Assembly: GCA_023920165.1 (NCBI GenBank) | Contig: CP089277.1 | Span: 2,914,001-2,978,000 of the forward strand | DNA from: Curvularia clavata | Lineage: Eukaryota | Direction: 5' to 3' | Length of the DNA stretch: 64,000 nt | In this document: positions 38,187 to 50,408 of the stretch, piece after piece | Layout: every line of letters starts with the position of its first letter | Position numbering within the stretch: position 1 is the first letter of the stretch | Notes under the pieces: generated by a model | What the model was told of the DNA's origin: nothing | Seen by the model: only the letters and a program-made list of their open reading frames with translations | Database searches by the model: none | Made by a program: the position numbers and the translations under genes

Positions 38187-38636
38187 ATGCGCTTAACACT
38201 CCTTGCCCTCCTCCCCAGTGCCCTGGCCCTGGCCATCCCTGAAAAACGCGCCTCACCACCCTTCCACCCACCCCCTCACGCCATCTTCTCACACTCAGCC
38301 ATTACAAAGACCATCACCGTAACTACCACCACAACGATCACTGTACCCGGCATCTTTCCAACTGGAAACACCACTTTCCCCAATGCCACGGCTCCGGTTG
38401 AAACAACGAGTACGGATTTGGCACCCATTACTTTGATCACACTGCCGAGTGAGACAGAGGCAGTGACGGGGGAGACGAGCGGTTTGGCGCCCATCACGCT
38501 CATAACGCTTCCTAGCGAGACGGAAGTAGTAGCGACGGGGACGGCGACAGCAACGGTGGATCAGGGGGCGGCCCCGACGCCGAATGATATTGCGCCGATT
38601 ACGTTGATTGATGTTAGCACTGCGACGCCGATTTGA
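38187..38636 (+). CDS. Small secreted Thr/Pro-rich protein with internal APITLI repeats (149 aa)
   Basis: MRLTLLALLPSALALAIPEKR (signal peptide plus dibasic KR); LAPITLITLPSETE twice and IAPITLI once. Confidence 0.8.
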   Translation: MRLTLLALLPSALALAIPEKRASPPFHPPPHAIFSHSAITKTITVTTTTTITVPGIFPTGNTTFPNATAPVETTSTDLAPITLITLPSETEAVTGETSGLAPITLITLPSETEVVATGTATATVDQGAAPTPNDIAPITLIDVSTATPI

Positions 38637-39159
38637 GGGTATTCTTGAAAGGAAGGAGAGAGAAGGGGTTTTCAAGAGAAGGGAGGAAGGAATGCGAGGT
38701 TGGTTGCAGTGGGCTCTTTGTACATACGTGTAGTTTTTGTGGGTTGAATGTGATAAGGAAAGGACACTCGTTTAGTTGGTTCAATTGCGATAAATGGGAT
38801 TTGAAAACTTGAGACATTTGGTCTTGGCGTGAAGTATACATAAGCAAGTTGTATAGCGGATACATACGTAGGTTAGAGAATTCGATTGGAAACTACATGA
38901 CGTGCTTGCAATTATTTGGAAACAGTATGTCCAGACAGCAGGATTTAGAGGCAAAAGTAAACCATTTTCCATACCGTCATCCCAACGCCAAAACGCACGC
39001 ATGTTCATTGACAATTCTCATACAGTGCCGCCGGATCTAGCCTCATGGACGTACTCACCCTGCTGCTCCGTCGAACGTGTTTCCGTCCCACTGGCCTGTC
39101 ACAAAATTAGCATTCATCTCACCTCCCAAAAATAATCATATATCAAAGACAGAAAACAC

Positions 39160-40284
39160 TTACGCATCCCCTATAACCTTCCTCATGACCAAACTATCCA
39201 CCCACTCCCCCTTGACCAACTCCTTCTCCTTGGTCAAACTATGCCGCTCAAACCCTAGCCTCTCCGCCAGCTTCCAGCTCTTCTCGTTCCGCGGATCGCA
39301 TTCAATCTCCATCTCCACCTTTCCCTGGTCCTGCAACCTATCTTTGATGGCGCCGATAAACGCCGTCATAGCCTCGGTCGCATAGCCCTTTCCCTGGGCA
39401 GATGGCAGAAAAGAAAACCACAGGTCAGCATGGGTAACAGGCTTGATGCTCGATTCGCCTGGCAGCTTGTCAGAGTTAGCTTGCGATGTTTTTGCGCCCA
39501 CACGCCCGATGAATTTGCCGTCGAGGGTTTCAACCGCGAGCTCGTAAATGGTGCGCGGGACGTCGTTGTGGTTGCGGATGTTTTCTAGCACCAATTCGCG
39601 GGCTTCTTGGCGGGTTCGTGGCGGCCAGTATTGGTACCGCGCGTTGGCTTCGTTGCCTTCGAGTTCAAAGTAGCCGTCGACGTCTTGCGTGACGAATTCG
39701 CGGAGGAGCAGGCGTGGTGTTTTGATGGCGCCGAAGCGCTCGCCTTTGACATTTGCGCGGGCAATGGTGGCGAGTTCGTCCTTGCTAAGGGCGTTGGAGC
39801 TTGCAAGAATTTTTTGAATGATTGTCCCTTTGGCTTCGACATAGTCGACAATGTTTGTCGATTTGGCCGCGAGCTCAATTTTCACGCGCGCATACTCGTC
39901 TCTGAGCTCGGTGTTTACGCGCAGAGTGTCCCTCAGGCTGAGATGGTTGCGTGTCTGAATAGCCCCGTCTACGCAGACGTAGATATTATAGGGTACAGAC
40001 TGATTTGGGTCCTTGAAAACATGGCGATCGATGATACCGAGTTCTCCTAGGTAGTCAAACTTTCCATTTGTGACGAGAGCATCAATCGCAGACTGCAGAT
40101 TGTCGCGGGACACAATGACATCAATATCGATTATTGGTTTGGCAGCCAGTCCAGGCACTGATGTGCTACCCACGTGCTCGATTGAGAGGTACTCGACGCC
40201 TCGCAGATGATTCTCCAACTTTGACTTGATGCTTTCAAACTGTTTGGGCCATTCCGGGTTGTACTGCTCGACTTCGACAGACAT
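39160..40284 (-). CDS. GrpB/UPF0157 nucleotidyltransferase-fold domain fused to RimJ/RimL-type GNAT domain
   Basis: N-half YNPEWPKQF..IEHVGSTSVPGLAAKPIIDID..NHLSLRDTLR..YARVK..YVEAK. C-half IKTPRLLLREF..QGKGYATEA..NEKSWKLAERLGF. No introns. Confidence 0.92.
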   Translation of the reverse strand: MSVEVEQYNPEWPKQFESIKSKLENHLRGVEYLSIEHVGSTSVPGLAAKPIIDIDVIVSRDNLQSAIDALVTNGKFDYLGELGIIDRHVFKDPNQSVPYNIYVCVDGAIQTRNHLSLRDTLRVNTELRDEYARVKIELAAKSTNIVDYVEAKGTIIQKILASSNALSKDELATIARANVKGERFGAIKTPRLLLREFVTQDVDGYFELEGNEANARYQYWPPRTRQEARELVLENIRNHNDVPRTIYELAVETLDGKFIGRVGAKTSQANSDKLPGESSIKPVTHADLWFSFLPSAQGKGYATEAMTAFIGAIKDRLQDQGKVEMEIECDPRNEKSWKLAERLGFERHSLTKEKELVKGEWVDSLVMRKVIGDA

Positions 40285-40631
40285 GGTTCGGGTTTGGAGG
40301 ACAGGTGGGAGGGCTGAGGAGAGGAGTCAGGCGCTAGATATTTACATCTAGGCTGCAGAGATGAATGCATGAGCTAGGCCCCGCCATTGGCTGACCCTGC
40401 GCAATCCATCCGGGTGCGCCCGAGATGCACAAGGCTGGATAGCGGTGTAAGGACACATATAGGGAATATGGGCGGCAGTTATGCACCATGTACTGTCGTG
40501 TAAATGCAGTGTTGGGTGGTGTACATGTCGCCAACCGGGCGGTTGCACAGATTCGATGCGTGTCGGAGATAGCGGCAAGAGTTCCGAACCAGTTGATTAG
40601 ATTGCACTTCCCTACTTTTGAGTTTCCAACA

Positions 40632-41678
40632 CTAATCACAAAGCTCAATTTTGATCACTGGGAGATCTGGGTATGGCGGGGACGCATGACAGCCCAACAG
40701 CGAAGTCTTGGCTGCTGAACCCCCGCCAACGCTGCCTTGCTGCCTGGACTGGCAACGTGCTACCACGACGATGCCGATTGCAACCAGCAGCGTTAGCGGG
40801 AGTAGGACGTCGATGCAGTGTACACAGCCGAACCAAAAGGCGCTTAGGTTGCCAACAATCAGCTTCCGGACCCTTGCCCATGTGCCAAATCTACCGTGTT
40901 CGTCCCACTCGTTCGGGTCGAAGGCTGTTTGTATCATGGCCAATCTGCCGCACTTCATTCTGAGGGGCTGGACTCGGTCTTTTTCTCCAACAACCTGTAC
41001 ATCAGCAATGAGGAGCGTGTATGCGTTGGCGCTCTGGCCCTCAGCCTCTTGATGCGTCTGGCTTTCACGCAACAGAATCTGTAAGGCCTTGTGGCCAGTC
41101 TTGAACGGTGCAGAACCCTCTGCCCGAGCTAGACCAGTCACGTTGAACTGAATCCATAGCCCCTCCCCTCCCTCAGCTCGGAACAACGTATGTTCGTACT
41201 GGAGTGGGAATTTGATTTGTTCGGATATGGCCCTGTCAGCTTGCCAAGCGGCTTCCTCTTTGCCGAGATTTGTAGGGACTTGCACAGCATCAATGTGTGG
41301 AGGTGACGAATCAAGAGGAAAGATGCGCTTGTCGTTGAGGAATAGGGCAGATCCAGATTGGTCAATACCGAGCATTAACATCTGTGTTCTTGTTAGCGTG
41401 GCGTGCTACGCGTCGCCGCAGGGTACACTCACCAAAGAGTTGCCAGGAGGCGGATGTTGCCATTCTACAGCATCGGGGTTCTTTAATATCCCAAAGGGAC
41501 ACCCGAGGCATTCAAGCTGGATGGCGTATGTCCTGTTCAGGTTGACTACGGTTATAATTGGGGCCGCCTCCTTGGCGGCGGGGGTGTGGATCGTCTCGAC
41601 TTTGTGTTCTTGGCTCGAGAGAGGTGAAGACACCGCGGCAGCTGCAGCCGCAAGATTAAAGAGAACAAAAGAGTGCAT
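40632..41678 (-). CDS. Secreted/single-pass membrane fungal protein of unknown function
   Basis: Signal peptide MHSFVLFNLAAAAAAVSS; intron 41432-41382; C-terminal TM LLPLTLLVAIGIVVVAR. Confidence 0.75.
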
Positions 41679-42541
41679 GGTGAAATCAAATGAATGTAGG
41701 AAAGATAGCGAAAGACTATGGGTCAGCCACGAAAGGTGTATTGTTTAAGGAGAAGGACTGCCCAAGTTGGTAGAGAGATGACACGGGCAGAAACCTCGGT
41801 CGACGGCTACACTAGCGCAGGAACCGTGAACCTGGAGACTGCTGGTTCTAGATTCCTGGTGACCATCTCAGACTCGTGGAAACAAGCGGGTAAAATATAC
41901 GGTAGATAGCATTGATACCACCTCGCATAAGAGTCCAAATGGGCCTTGTGTGAGCTGCCGAGGCAGGCCAAACGCTGGACAACTGCTGAGTGGTTGAGAG
42001 CGGCACATGTTTTCAATATGCTGACACGATGTACGCGTGGACCTATCTAATGCGTTATTTTTGGCTGAACCTTTTTTCCTATACTATCCCCACTCGAGCC
42101 CTTTTGCGTACCGTGTGAACACGATAAGACCGTTATCAAAAGCAGTCTAAGCGTAACACCGAATTGTGCAATCCTTGAATCCCTCTTCCATCTTTCATCA
42201 AGGCCTGTCTTAGGGTTTGCATATGCCTGTAGAACATCCAAGTTTGTCGGCAATCCCACAGACAATAGAGCATGAGTGTCTGATCATGCTGCAATCTTCG
42301 AGTGTGCAACCATCAGCTGTAGACTCCTCTTCCCAAGGGTAACCGAGCAGCCCGAAAAGACGATCTGGACGACAGGGAAGCTCGCCGCGTGAACTCAGCG
42401 AATGGAAGAAACGGGAAACTACCGCATCTACTGGTACTACTTCAATTAGAAAAAGTAGCGTAGCGTGGAGGAATGTAACGTTCTCAACACACACTGTGTT
42501 TGTTCAGGTGGTGTAGGTAGTGTTGACCCTCTAATGTAGCT

Positions 42542-44069
42542 TCACTCCTCTTCGCTTTCTTCACTGCTGTCTCCACCCTCCAGTCCCCGCCTCATCAACT
42601 CTTCTAGATCGTCTTCGTCATCGTCTGCGGGGACTTCAGCGGGTGCACTAGGTTTTCGATCGTGGCCGGCTGTATCTGGTTGTACAGGAAGGTCAATGTC
42701 CATGGGTTCAACGTCCCTGTCGTGGTATCCGTCTTCATCCGCGTCTTCTTCGTCCTCTTCGTCATCCTCATCGCCTTCAGCATCATCTCCACCCAGATCA
42801 CCAAAGTCAATCTCGTCCTGTGTATTGCGGTTGCGTGCGTGTGGGTTTGGAGAGCCTTCTACATCACTGTTTGCTGCACTAGCAAGGGATATGGGACCGT
42901 TGGATGGTGAGCGCATATAGCCAGTTCCCAACGTTGAACCTAAACCAAGAGCTACCAGCGCACCATTCTTACGTCGTGGTGGGCGTGCATCAGGTACTTC
43001 AATTTCAAGACCGCCATCATCGTCATCCGACTGAGCCTCAGAGTCGTCTTCGTCCTCGTCATGCTGGTGATGCGCTTGTTGTTGACTTGATTTAGACGGA
43101 GGCGAAGGAGCTGCCGGCGAGGATGCAATCTCGCCATCGGACTCGTCTGATGAATGTATCACCTCTGCAGACTTGATCTTGGAGGATGGAGGCGCGGTAG
43201 ACTTGGCTTTGGCCTTGGGCACGGTGTCTGTTGCAGTGCGCTGAAGACGGACAGCAGGCGTGGGCTGAGTCTTCTTGGGCTTGACCATCGGGCTCGCTGT
43301 TGTGGTCTTGCGCTTCTTGGGTGCGGCTGCTGTACCAGGCTTACGCGCTGGTGCACTCACGGCAGGGGCGCGGGTACTGGCTTGTGGTGTATGAGCAGCA
43401 CTGCTTGTGCCCGTTCGGTGTTCTGGCGAGGATGCATAACGGTAGTCGGACTCGTCGCCTCGCTTGTTCTTCTCCTTAGCTAGGAAGTGCCTGAAGTCAT
43501 AAGGGTTATCAGGATCCGGGTCGCCCCCCTCGTCATTCCCTGCCGCCTCACCAAACAGGTCGTCGTCATCGTCCTTGTCCTGGGCATCGTCCTTAAGCTT
43601 CTTGGGGTATATCTTGGCGTGCTGTGAAGAAACGTCTTCGCCGTTTTTGGTAGCGAGGTTGAACGTGTAGCTGCTCGAGAGCGGCTCTAGGGTCGCTTGT
43701 TGGGTCGCAGGATCGAATATGAGCACGTATGACTTCTTCGGCTGCGACTTCTGGCCAGTGAAGGTAAAGACATCCTGATGGCCCGAGTCGCTCGTGTCAT
43801 CGATTCGGAGGTTGCAGAAATTTGTCGACGAGGGCGACGAGAGGGTTGTAGAACGGGTGCCAGACGTCTGGGTAGGCTTGTGGTTGTCTGCATTCCGCAT
43901 CAGAACGCTGCAGGCAGCAAGTCGTGTTCATGACAGGCTAGGACTCACACTTCACGCTGCTGTATTCTCCTGCAGCATCGTCGTGGTTCTGTATCCGGTC
44001 GCTGAGGTGGAGGGTGAAGTGCGCCTTCTTGTGAGGCTCGATGCGGTTTTCTACCATAGGCGACGCCAT
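42542..44069 (-). CDS. EAF (ELL-associated factor) N-terminal-domain transcription elongation protein
   Basis: ATG 44069 (MASPMVEN). Intron 43948-43888 gives SSVKYNHKP, then FTFTG..KSYVLIFDP..ATLEPLSSSYTFN, followed by an acidic disordered tail ending ESEEE. Confidence 0.82.
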
Positions 44070-46939
44070 TCCTATACACGTTGCAATACGGCGACGGCAA
44101 AAAGCAAGACAGGGTTGTCGAGAGCGATGGCACGCAGCCGCGGAGCAAGAATCATGCGAGGAGTGCTGTTTGCTGAGTCTGGCGCGCCATGGTGCATGTC
44201 CGGAGACTGGCCGGTCTGGGTTGAGACGCTCCGCCTGCCGGCCTCCCGCCGCTAGTCAGGCACCGACTCACCACTCCACTACACTCCACACATGACAAGA
44301 ATAGTCCAAGCCTACCGACGTCTCCGCTTTGTTAGATCCTCGAGCCGTCAGGCATCCACCTGGCTTCAATTTCATTGTCATATGTTCATACTAATCTACA
44401 CAGCTGGCTCTGACATGGTGGTTCAGCCAGCACGCATCGAACAAGGCAATCAGCAAAAAACAAAGCGCCCGAGCACCGTACGGCGCCACATTGCGCACTA
44501 TTACCAGTCCGCAAAAACAATACTGCCATTGCATCGGGCTCTGGGAGCCGTCATTGGCGGCTGCATCCTACCCTTGGACACAATCTTACAGGCTCACGGA
44601 TTGAGTGACCACGCGCTAACATAACATTACGAAACCTTGCAGAGGGCAGGTTGGAATCAGGAGATGGCCATCAGGAGACAGAAGGCTGTTGTTGCTGTGG
44701 TATGGCCGTCGCTGTCGAGCGCCAAATCTACCAGCAACCAGTTAGCTGTGGTTCGTCTTCGAAAACACTTATACAAAGCGGTTCGCTCCATACACGTTCT
44801 ACATAATGTATTGAGTCTCCTGATGCTTTCTGTATTGGCAGCTACGACCACTGCTGTTGGTATCGCAGTCCTTGTCAACAAATTTCCGGCGCCAACCCAT
44901 GTCTGGTCAGTTGCAAGTTTAGTCAATCTTTGCCGTGACATAAACGCTTGCCAGGAATAACATCCAAATTGTGCATACTTCGTTCCGGAACAACGGCACT
45001 AGCAGGCATCTATCGAGAGGAAACGCGTGGTAATGATAAGGCAAGAGGCATTGCCATCAAAGTCACTAAGAGCCCCAACGGCCTCAAATCTAGGGCTCAT
45101 CAGTAAGCGTTTACGTACAACTTGGACGGTGAAATAGCCTGGTACAATCCAGCATCGCATTCAATGAGCCTTTCGCAGGCTGTCAGATGTAGATCGCTAG
45201 CGACAGTGGAAGATCCATCTTGCAAGCCAATGGGACCTACCCCGGTCAGCTGGAGAATGCACTGAGCGAGGGGAAATTATTCTTCCTCAACCTTGCTACT
45301 TGACTAGAGTGAATCCGAGCTGTCGGTGGCTGCAGCGGGGCAATACCAGCGTTAAGCCACTGTGCGCTATCATGAATGTTTTGCCTCGTAAACCGGGAAA
45401 CACCTGGATGCTTTCGTAGCAATCCCGCACAATGTCGCTCCGAGTCATGCCATCTTATCTCATGATACTAGGAAACTAACGGTACGAAATACTATACTAG
45501 TTGAACCGCCAGCCGCCGACAGGGCAGCAGATCACTGCTTGACTGGGCACACCAACCGACAAGACACGTGGAATCCGGTGCTTCTTGCCAGAATCAGTAT
45601 CCACCCAGAAGACCCAACGTGGCGGTAAGAGGGCGTGTGGGCGAACTGTGGGCGAGGCTGGGCATGGAAAACATGGGGTAAATGCATGCTCTGCTGGCCG
45701 GCCTCGGTTTTCGGAGCCCGCTTGTGCGCGCTGCCATCTCACGTAAGTCGATTCACTTGCCTTGAATATTATATTTTCGACCAATGATGCCATCGCCCAA
45801 AGTTCTTCATAAGAAAGAGCCAGCTCCGTTGTTTGCAGGCCATCTCTATCACTGGCATGTATCGTTTTGGCTGCCTGATCTCCGGTGCTCCGAGTCAGGT
45901 CGCCCAATCGCCCACCCACCCAACGAGTTGCTTTTACGCTGCTCGTCAGCTATGCCGCAATTCGACTTCATTATCCAGCGAGAGCATAGTTGGCGCACGA
46001 GTCAAGATGGCGTCTTGCATTGCTTGCATTGCTGATACCAAGCAGACGGCGACATCCTATCTCTAGCTCGCCCTCTTCTGGCTCATCGCCGCCCGTCACG
46101 CTGCATGCTGCTACTGCGTGATTGCAACTGCAGGCGACATTGAGCCACATACATTGGCTGACGCGGCGCGGAGCGGAGTCGAGATGGTGGTCTTTTTCTT
46201 TTCTGCGCAACCTTGACTTCGGAAATTGTCCAACAACAGATAGCAGACGGCATTGGAGTAATGCATGCGGCGCAGACTCACCAACGTTACCCTTCATGTC
46301 GTTTAGCCGCAATCCGGTGGCGCTGACGCGCGCACACGACCGGGCTCAGTTGCTGTCAGACCCAAAGGGCCCCGCCGGGTTCCCGGCCTCTCCGCAAAAA
46401 TCATTGGCATGACAGGGCCGTATCGGTTCCCTGCATCTTCTATTCGCTAGAGCCGGGCCTCGCACATGGCCTTATCAACCGTCCGCCTGGAACACCCTGG
46501 CTACCAATTCACATGGCGGCCGTCTTCGGGCTCCGCTGAGACCCTTCAAGGCAAAAGGCCCTTTCTCGCCCTCTGCCGCCATGCTGGGCCCTGCGCCGTC
46601 ATCGGCTGCGCTGAAGCTGATTCGCTTTTAAGCGGGCAACCCGTTGGCATGCCGCTTGCCACGACGAGATGCCTTCCGAGAGGCTGATCAGCTTCTGTAC
46701 TACAGCTAGCAGCCGACAGCCATGATTCCCCCCGCGGATGCCTAATAACAGTCCTTCCTCGCCTGCTCGCACTTGTGAAACTATTCCTCTGCATAATCCA
46801 CCGCTTTTCGACTTCCCGCTCCCTGGAAATGATATCTAGCCTACTACGAACCTGGCTGGACACGCGACACAAGAGCCTGTGCAGACGCCATTGAAACCAC
46901 CGTTCCAAGAGCCCGACTACCGAGCTCTAAATCCCCACA

Positions 46940-49036
46940 ATGAGTGCCAGGACACTAACGAATGTCGTAAACGACCAAACAGTTGCCCTGAACGCTCTCA
47001 TCTATGGATACGCCGGGCACAGCTTAGTCACCCCTCAGCACGCTCTGCAGCATATTTGGTGGACCGAGGAAAGAATCAACGACAAAGTCACTAATGAATT
47101 CGTCTCTTCCCGGCTGCAGCCACAGGAGAGGGAACGCCTCCACCATCCTGTAGGCTTTGGCGATCTGAGCGATGACACTTATATCGAATGGATCATGGAG
47201 AAAGCACGACGGTTATTCCTGATACTGGTTGAAATCGGCGAGGCAGACCGCATATTTGCCGTCGTCGACAAATCCTGGGACGATGATGACCTGCCTCTTG
47301 AGATGGATGACATTGAGCAGCTGTCATTGTCCAATCGGCGTGACAATCATGCCGATGCTCGCTTCTACCACACCCAGTTCACTTTTTTGCTACGAGAGCT
47401 CCGACAAGGCGTGCACATCGACTATGCTCAAAATGAAGAGGTGCCAATTGAGAATGTCATGACTCTTCCGGTTGCGGTAAGCTTGCAAGCTTGGTCTCGG
47501 ATACACTTGCCCAAAAAACCAAACGAAATCTACATGCGCCGAAAGTTTCCGCTTGGAAATGCAGAGGATCCAGAAGCGTTCCACCAAGACTTCATACTGG
47601 ATGTTGAGAGTGCGAGGATGGTAGAGCACGAGCATTTGGCCCCGGTTTTTGCTTCGTACACTGCAAAAGGTAGTGGTTACATTGTCAGTAGCTTTGTCGG
47701 TCACCACACTCTACGCACCTTCATCGACCATCGCAGTCCGGCACAGTACCAGAAGCTACCAAAACCTGAGAGACGGTGGTTGGTGCTCAATTGGCTTCAC
47801 TGCTTGGCTGACGCCATTGCAACACTGCATCAAAACGGGTTTTGTCATTCCGCTATCCGGCCGTCTAGGATCCTCGTTGATGAACAGAATGCGATTGCGT
47901 TTAGCGACATTGGCAGCCTGGAGACATTTCAGAAGGACAAAAAGCCTGATGCGATGGAGGAATATATATACAGCGCCCCTGAAACACACGAAAGCTTAGA
48001 GTCGCTAGAGCTGATTTCTTCTATACCTGCATCCAATCTCCCAAATGGCCGACACGCCTCTACTATCAGCAAAAGTTCATCAGGATCCTCAAACAGCAGC
48101 AGCTCGCATCGTCAGAAGCTAACCAAATCCGCAACATCGGACTTTTCAGGATTTAACTTTGGTTTCAAGAAATCGGAGCCGACTCCCACGCGTCAATCTC
48201 GAGGACAAGAAAGTGAAAAAGCAGATGTATTTGCTTTGGGTTGTGTGTTCGTGGAAATTGTGACGTTTTTGCTGAAGAAGAAACCCCACGATTTCACAAA
48301 GCATCGGACGTCGAAGCAGAGAATCAACACGGGCGGCAAGAACTCGCGTACCGATTCCTCGTATCATAGGAATCTCGACAAGGTCGAAACCTGGATTTCC
48401 ATGCTAGAGAGAGCGGCTCGCGAAAGCGATGACGAAGCTCTCGGCACAATCCCTGATATTTTAAATATTGTCCGTAATATGCTCAGCAAAGACCCTATGC
48501 TCCGTCCAACAGCACGCGACGTGCGCGATGGTCTGTTTGAAGTCATTCGCTGCACTTCGATCCCTAGCGTTCACTGTGGCGCACACAGGCACGACATTGG
48601 TATTGCCTCATCTTCACATTCAAGTCGAGACCGAGCTTCCAGTATTGTGTCGCTTCAGACAGTGTCAACAACAAGCTCGAGGTATTCTGATACAGATACA
48701 ATACGCTCGGGTACGACACAGGCGCATTCTATATTGAACTACTATTCCGACCGATCTACATTGTCTGGGATTCAGGAAGATGACAGTGCTTCCCTGGAGA
48801 CGATAGAGCCGCCACCTATGTCGCACAACACATATAAACTGAATGAGTCGTTCGGTGGAACGGCTGTCATGCCAGAGTCGCCTACCCTGTCTGAGTTGCC
48901 AAGCTCACCTGCTTCGCCTACTTCACCACTTCCTCCCTTATCACCCATTTTTGATCGTTCCTCCAGTCCGTCGAGACTAAATGCGCCAACAACGAAGGCA
49001 AAGTCTTGGAGCAAGCCATTTCTTTTGCTTCCGTGA
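46940..49036 (+). CDS. Protein kinase-fold protein, probable pseudokinase (698 aa)
   Basis: HEHLAPVFASY, CLADAIATLH, HSAIRPSRIL, FSDIG, YSAPE, KADVFALGCVFVEI, MLSKDPMLRPTA. Confidence 0.9.
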   Translation: MSARTLTNVVNDQTVALNALIYGYAGHSLVTPQHALQHIWWTEERINDKVTNEFVSSRLQPQERERLHHPVGFGDLSDDTYIEWIMEKARRLFLILVEIGEADRIFAVVDKSWDDDDLPLEMDDIEQLSLSNRRDNHADARFYHTQFTFLLRELRQGVHIDYAQNEEVPIENVMTLPVAVSLQAWSRIHLPKKPNEIYMRRKFPLGNAEDPEAFHQDFILDVESARMVEHEHLAPVFASYTAKGSGYIVSSFVGHHTLRTFIDHRSPAQYQKLPKPERRWLVLNWLHCLADAIATLHQNGFCHSAIRPSRILVDEQNAIAFSDIGSLETFQKDKKPDAMEEYIYSAPETHESLESLELISSIPASNLPNGRHASTISKSSSGSSNSSSSHRQKLTKSATSDFSGFNFGFKKSEPTPTRQSRGQESEKADVFALGCVFVEIVTFLLKKKPHDFTKHRTSKQRINTGGKNSRTDSSYHRNLDKVETWISMLERAARESDDEALGTIPDILNIVRNMLSKDPMLRPTARDVRDGLFEVIRCTSIPSVHCGAHRHDIGIASSSHSSRDRASSIVSLQTVSTTSSRYSDTDTIRSGTTQAHSILNYYSDRSTLSGIQEDDSASLETIEPPPMSHNTYKLNESFGGTAVMPESPTLSELPSSPASPTSPLPPLSPIFDRSSSPSRLNAPTTKAKSWSKPFLLLP

Positions 49037-50408
49037 GCTCTGCACATGCTATCCAGAGCCATGGCAACTAAACCATTTGGGGTACTTTGGCAGCGATCAC
49101 TGGCTGCCAAGAGACGAACGTGTGCCTCCAAGACACGGTGCTGCGGGGAGTCCCTTGGGGGCGCGCCTAGTAGTACTCTGCTAGGGGATGTGGTAACGAT
49201 GCTGCATAAGATTCGGAAGAGGAAGGTATCCTTAGATCCCGGAGATACATGTTGTGCACTTGACTCTGATTTGTCATGCACAGGACGACTGATCAGATAG
49301 TCATGAGGCGGGTGTGAAGTACTAGGCGTGGAAGTAAAGTGGAGTAGCGTTGTATGGCCAGACATCCACTTGCATTGCGCGATGTTGATAGCTGGGGGAA
49401 GAGACACAGTGCGAGCACCCGGTGCTACAGCACAACAATCAAAATCATTAGTATTCAAAGATAAATTCTAAGTGCATCGTTGTTATCGTGAGCCGTCTTG
49501 CACGGGCTATAGACATGTGACCTGTCTGCCACCTATTTGACCCAATTTCAAAATGCGGGGTTGGTTGTCATCCGAGTGTCCAACTTCACACACGAAGCTC
49601 CACCACCTAGGACGCCGACCGTACGCCACATTGCTTAGCTTCCAGTTCCCGGTATTTTCTCAACTTGCGCATTGACGTCAGACATCTTGCTACCGTTCTG
49701 CATACATGGTGGAGTAGACCTGGCACAGTCTTTTCGCCATGCATCCGTCGCGTACCACATTCACGAGGAGCCAGCGTGTACCGGAATATGTATACGCAGC
49801 GTTACACAAACACACTACCGTCTTAGGAACTTGGCAATACAACAGTGAACGAGCGTGATGTCCCTTGCTTGTTAAAAGTAAACGGGCGATCTGGAGACTC
49901 AACAAGATGCTAGCCAAGACGATGATCCCAGCCCATTAAGGCATGTACCTCTGCATCTGACACGATGCATTCAGGACCAGGGTGCATCCACATCATCGTA
50001 CCATCAACCGACGTTCATCTACCCTTGGATTAATCTCTCTAAGCTCCTGGTGCCCCTGTACCGGTGGCTCTTGGCAGCCCGGAACAACCCAGCAAGTACA
50101 TGTTAACGCGCATGTTGGTCAGCCGGTGTTGCCATATGACGACCATAACCTGTGCGAACATCCGCCCAGCGGACGCGATATTGCCGTGGCCGTCCGGGGC
50201 GTGCAGCCATCAGGATCATCCCGCCGCTATCCTCAGAGCTAAGGCCAGTGGCATGCAGCTCCGCAGCCATTACAGGTACCGCCGAGCTATGCTGTCATAA
50301 GCCTGCAGACCGCTTAAATACTACGGTCTTCTCCCTGATCTTCGTCTCTCTTTGTGCATTCTTGGATACGTGTTTGGACGCTGTATCTTAGCGTCTTTGA
50401 CTTCCAAG

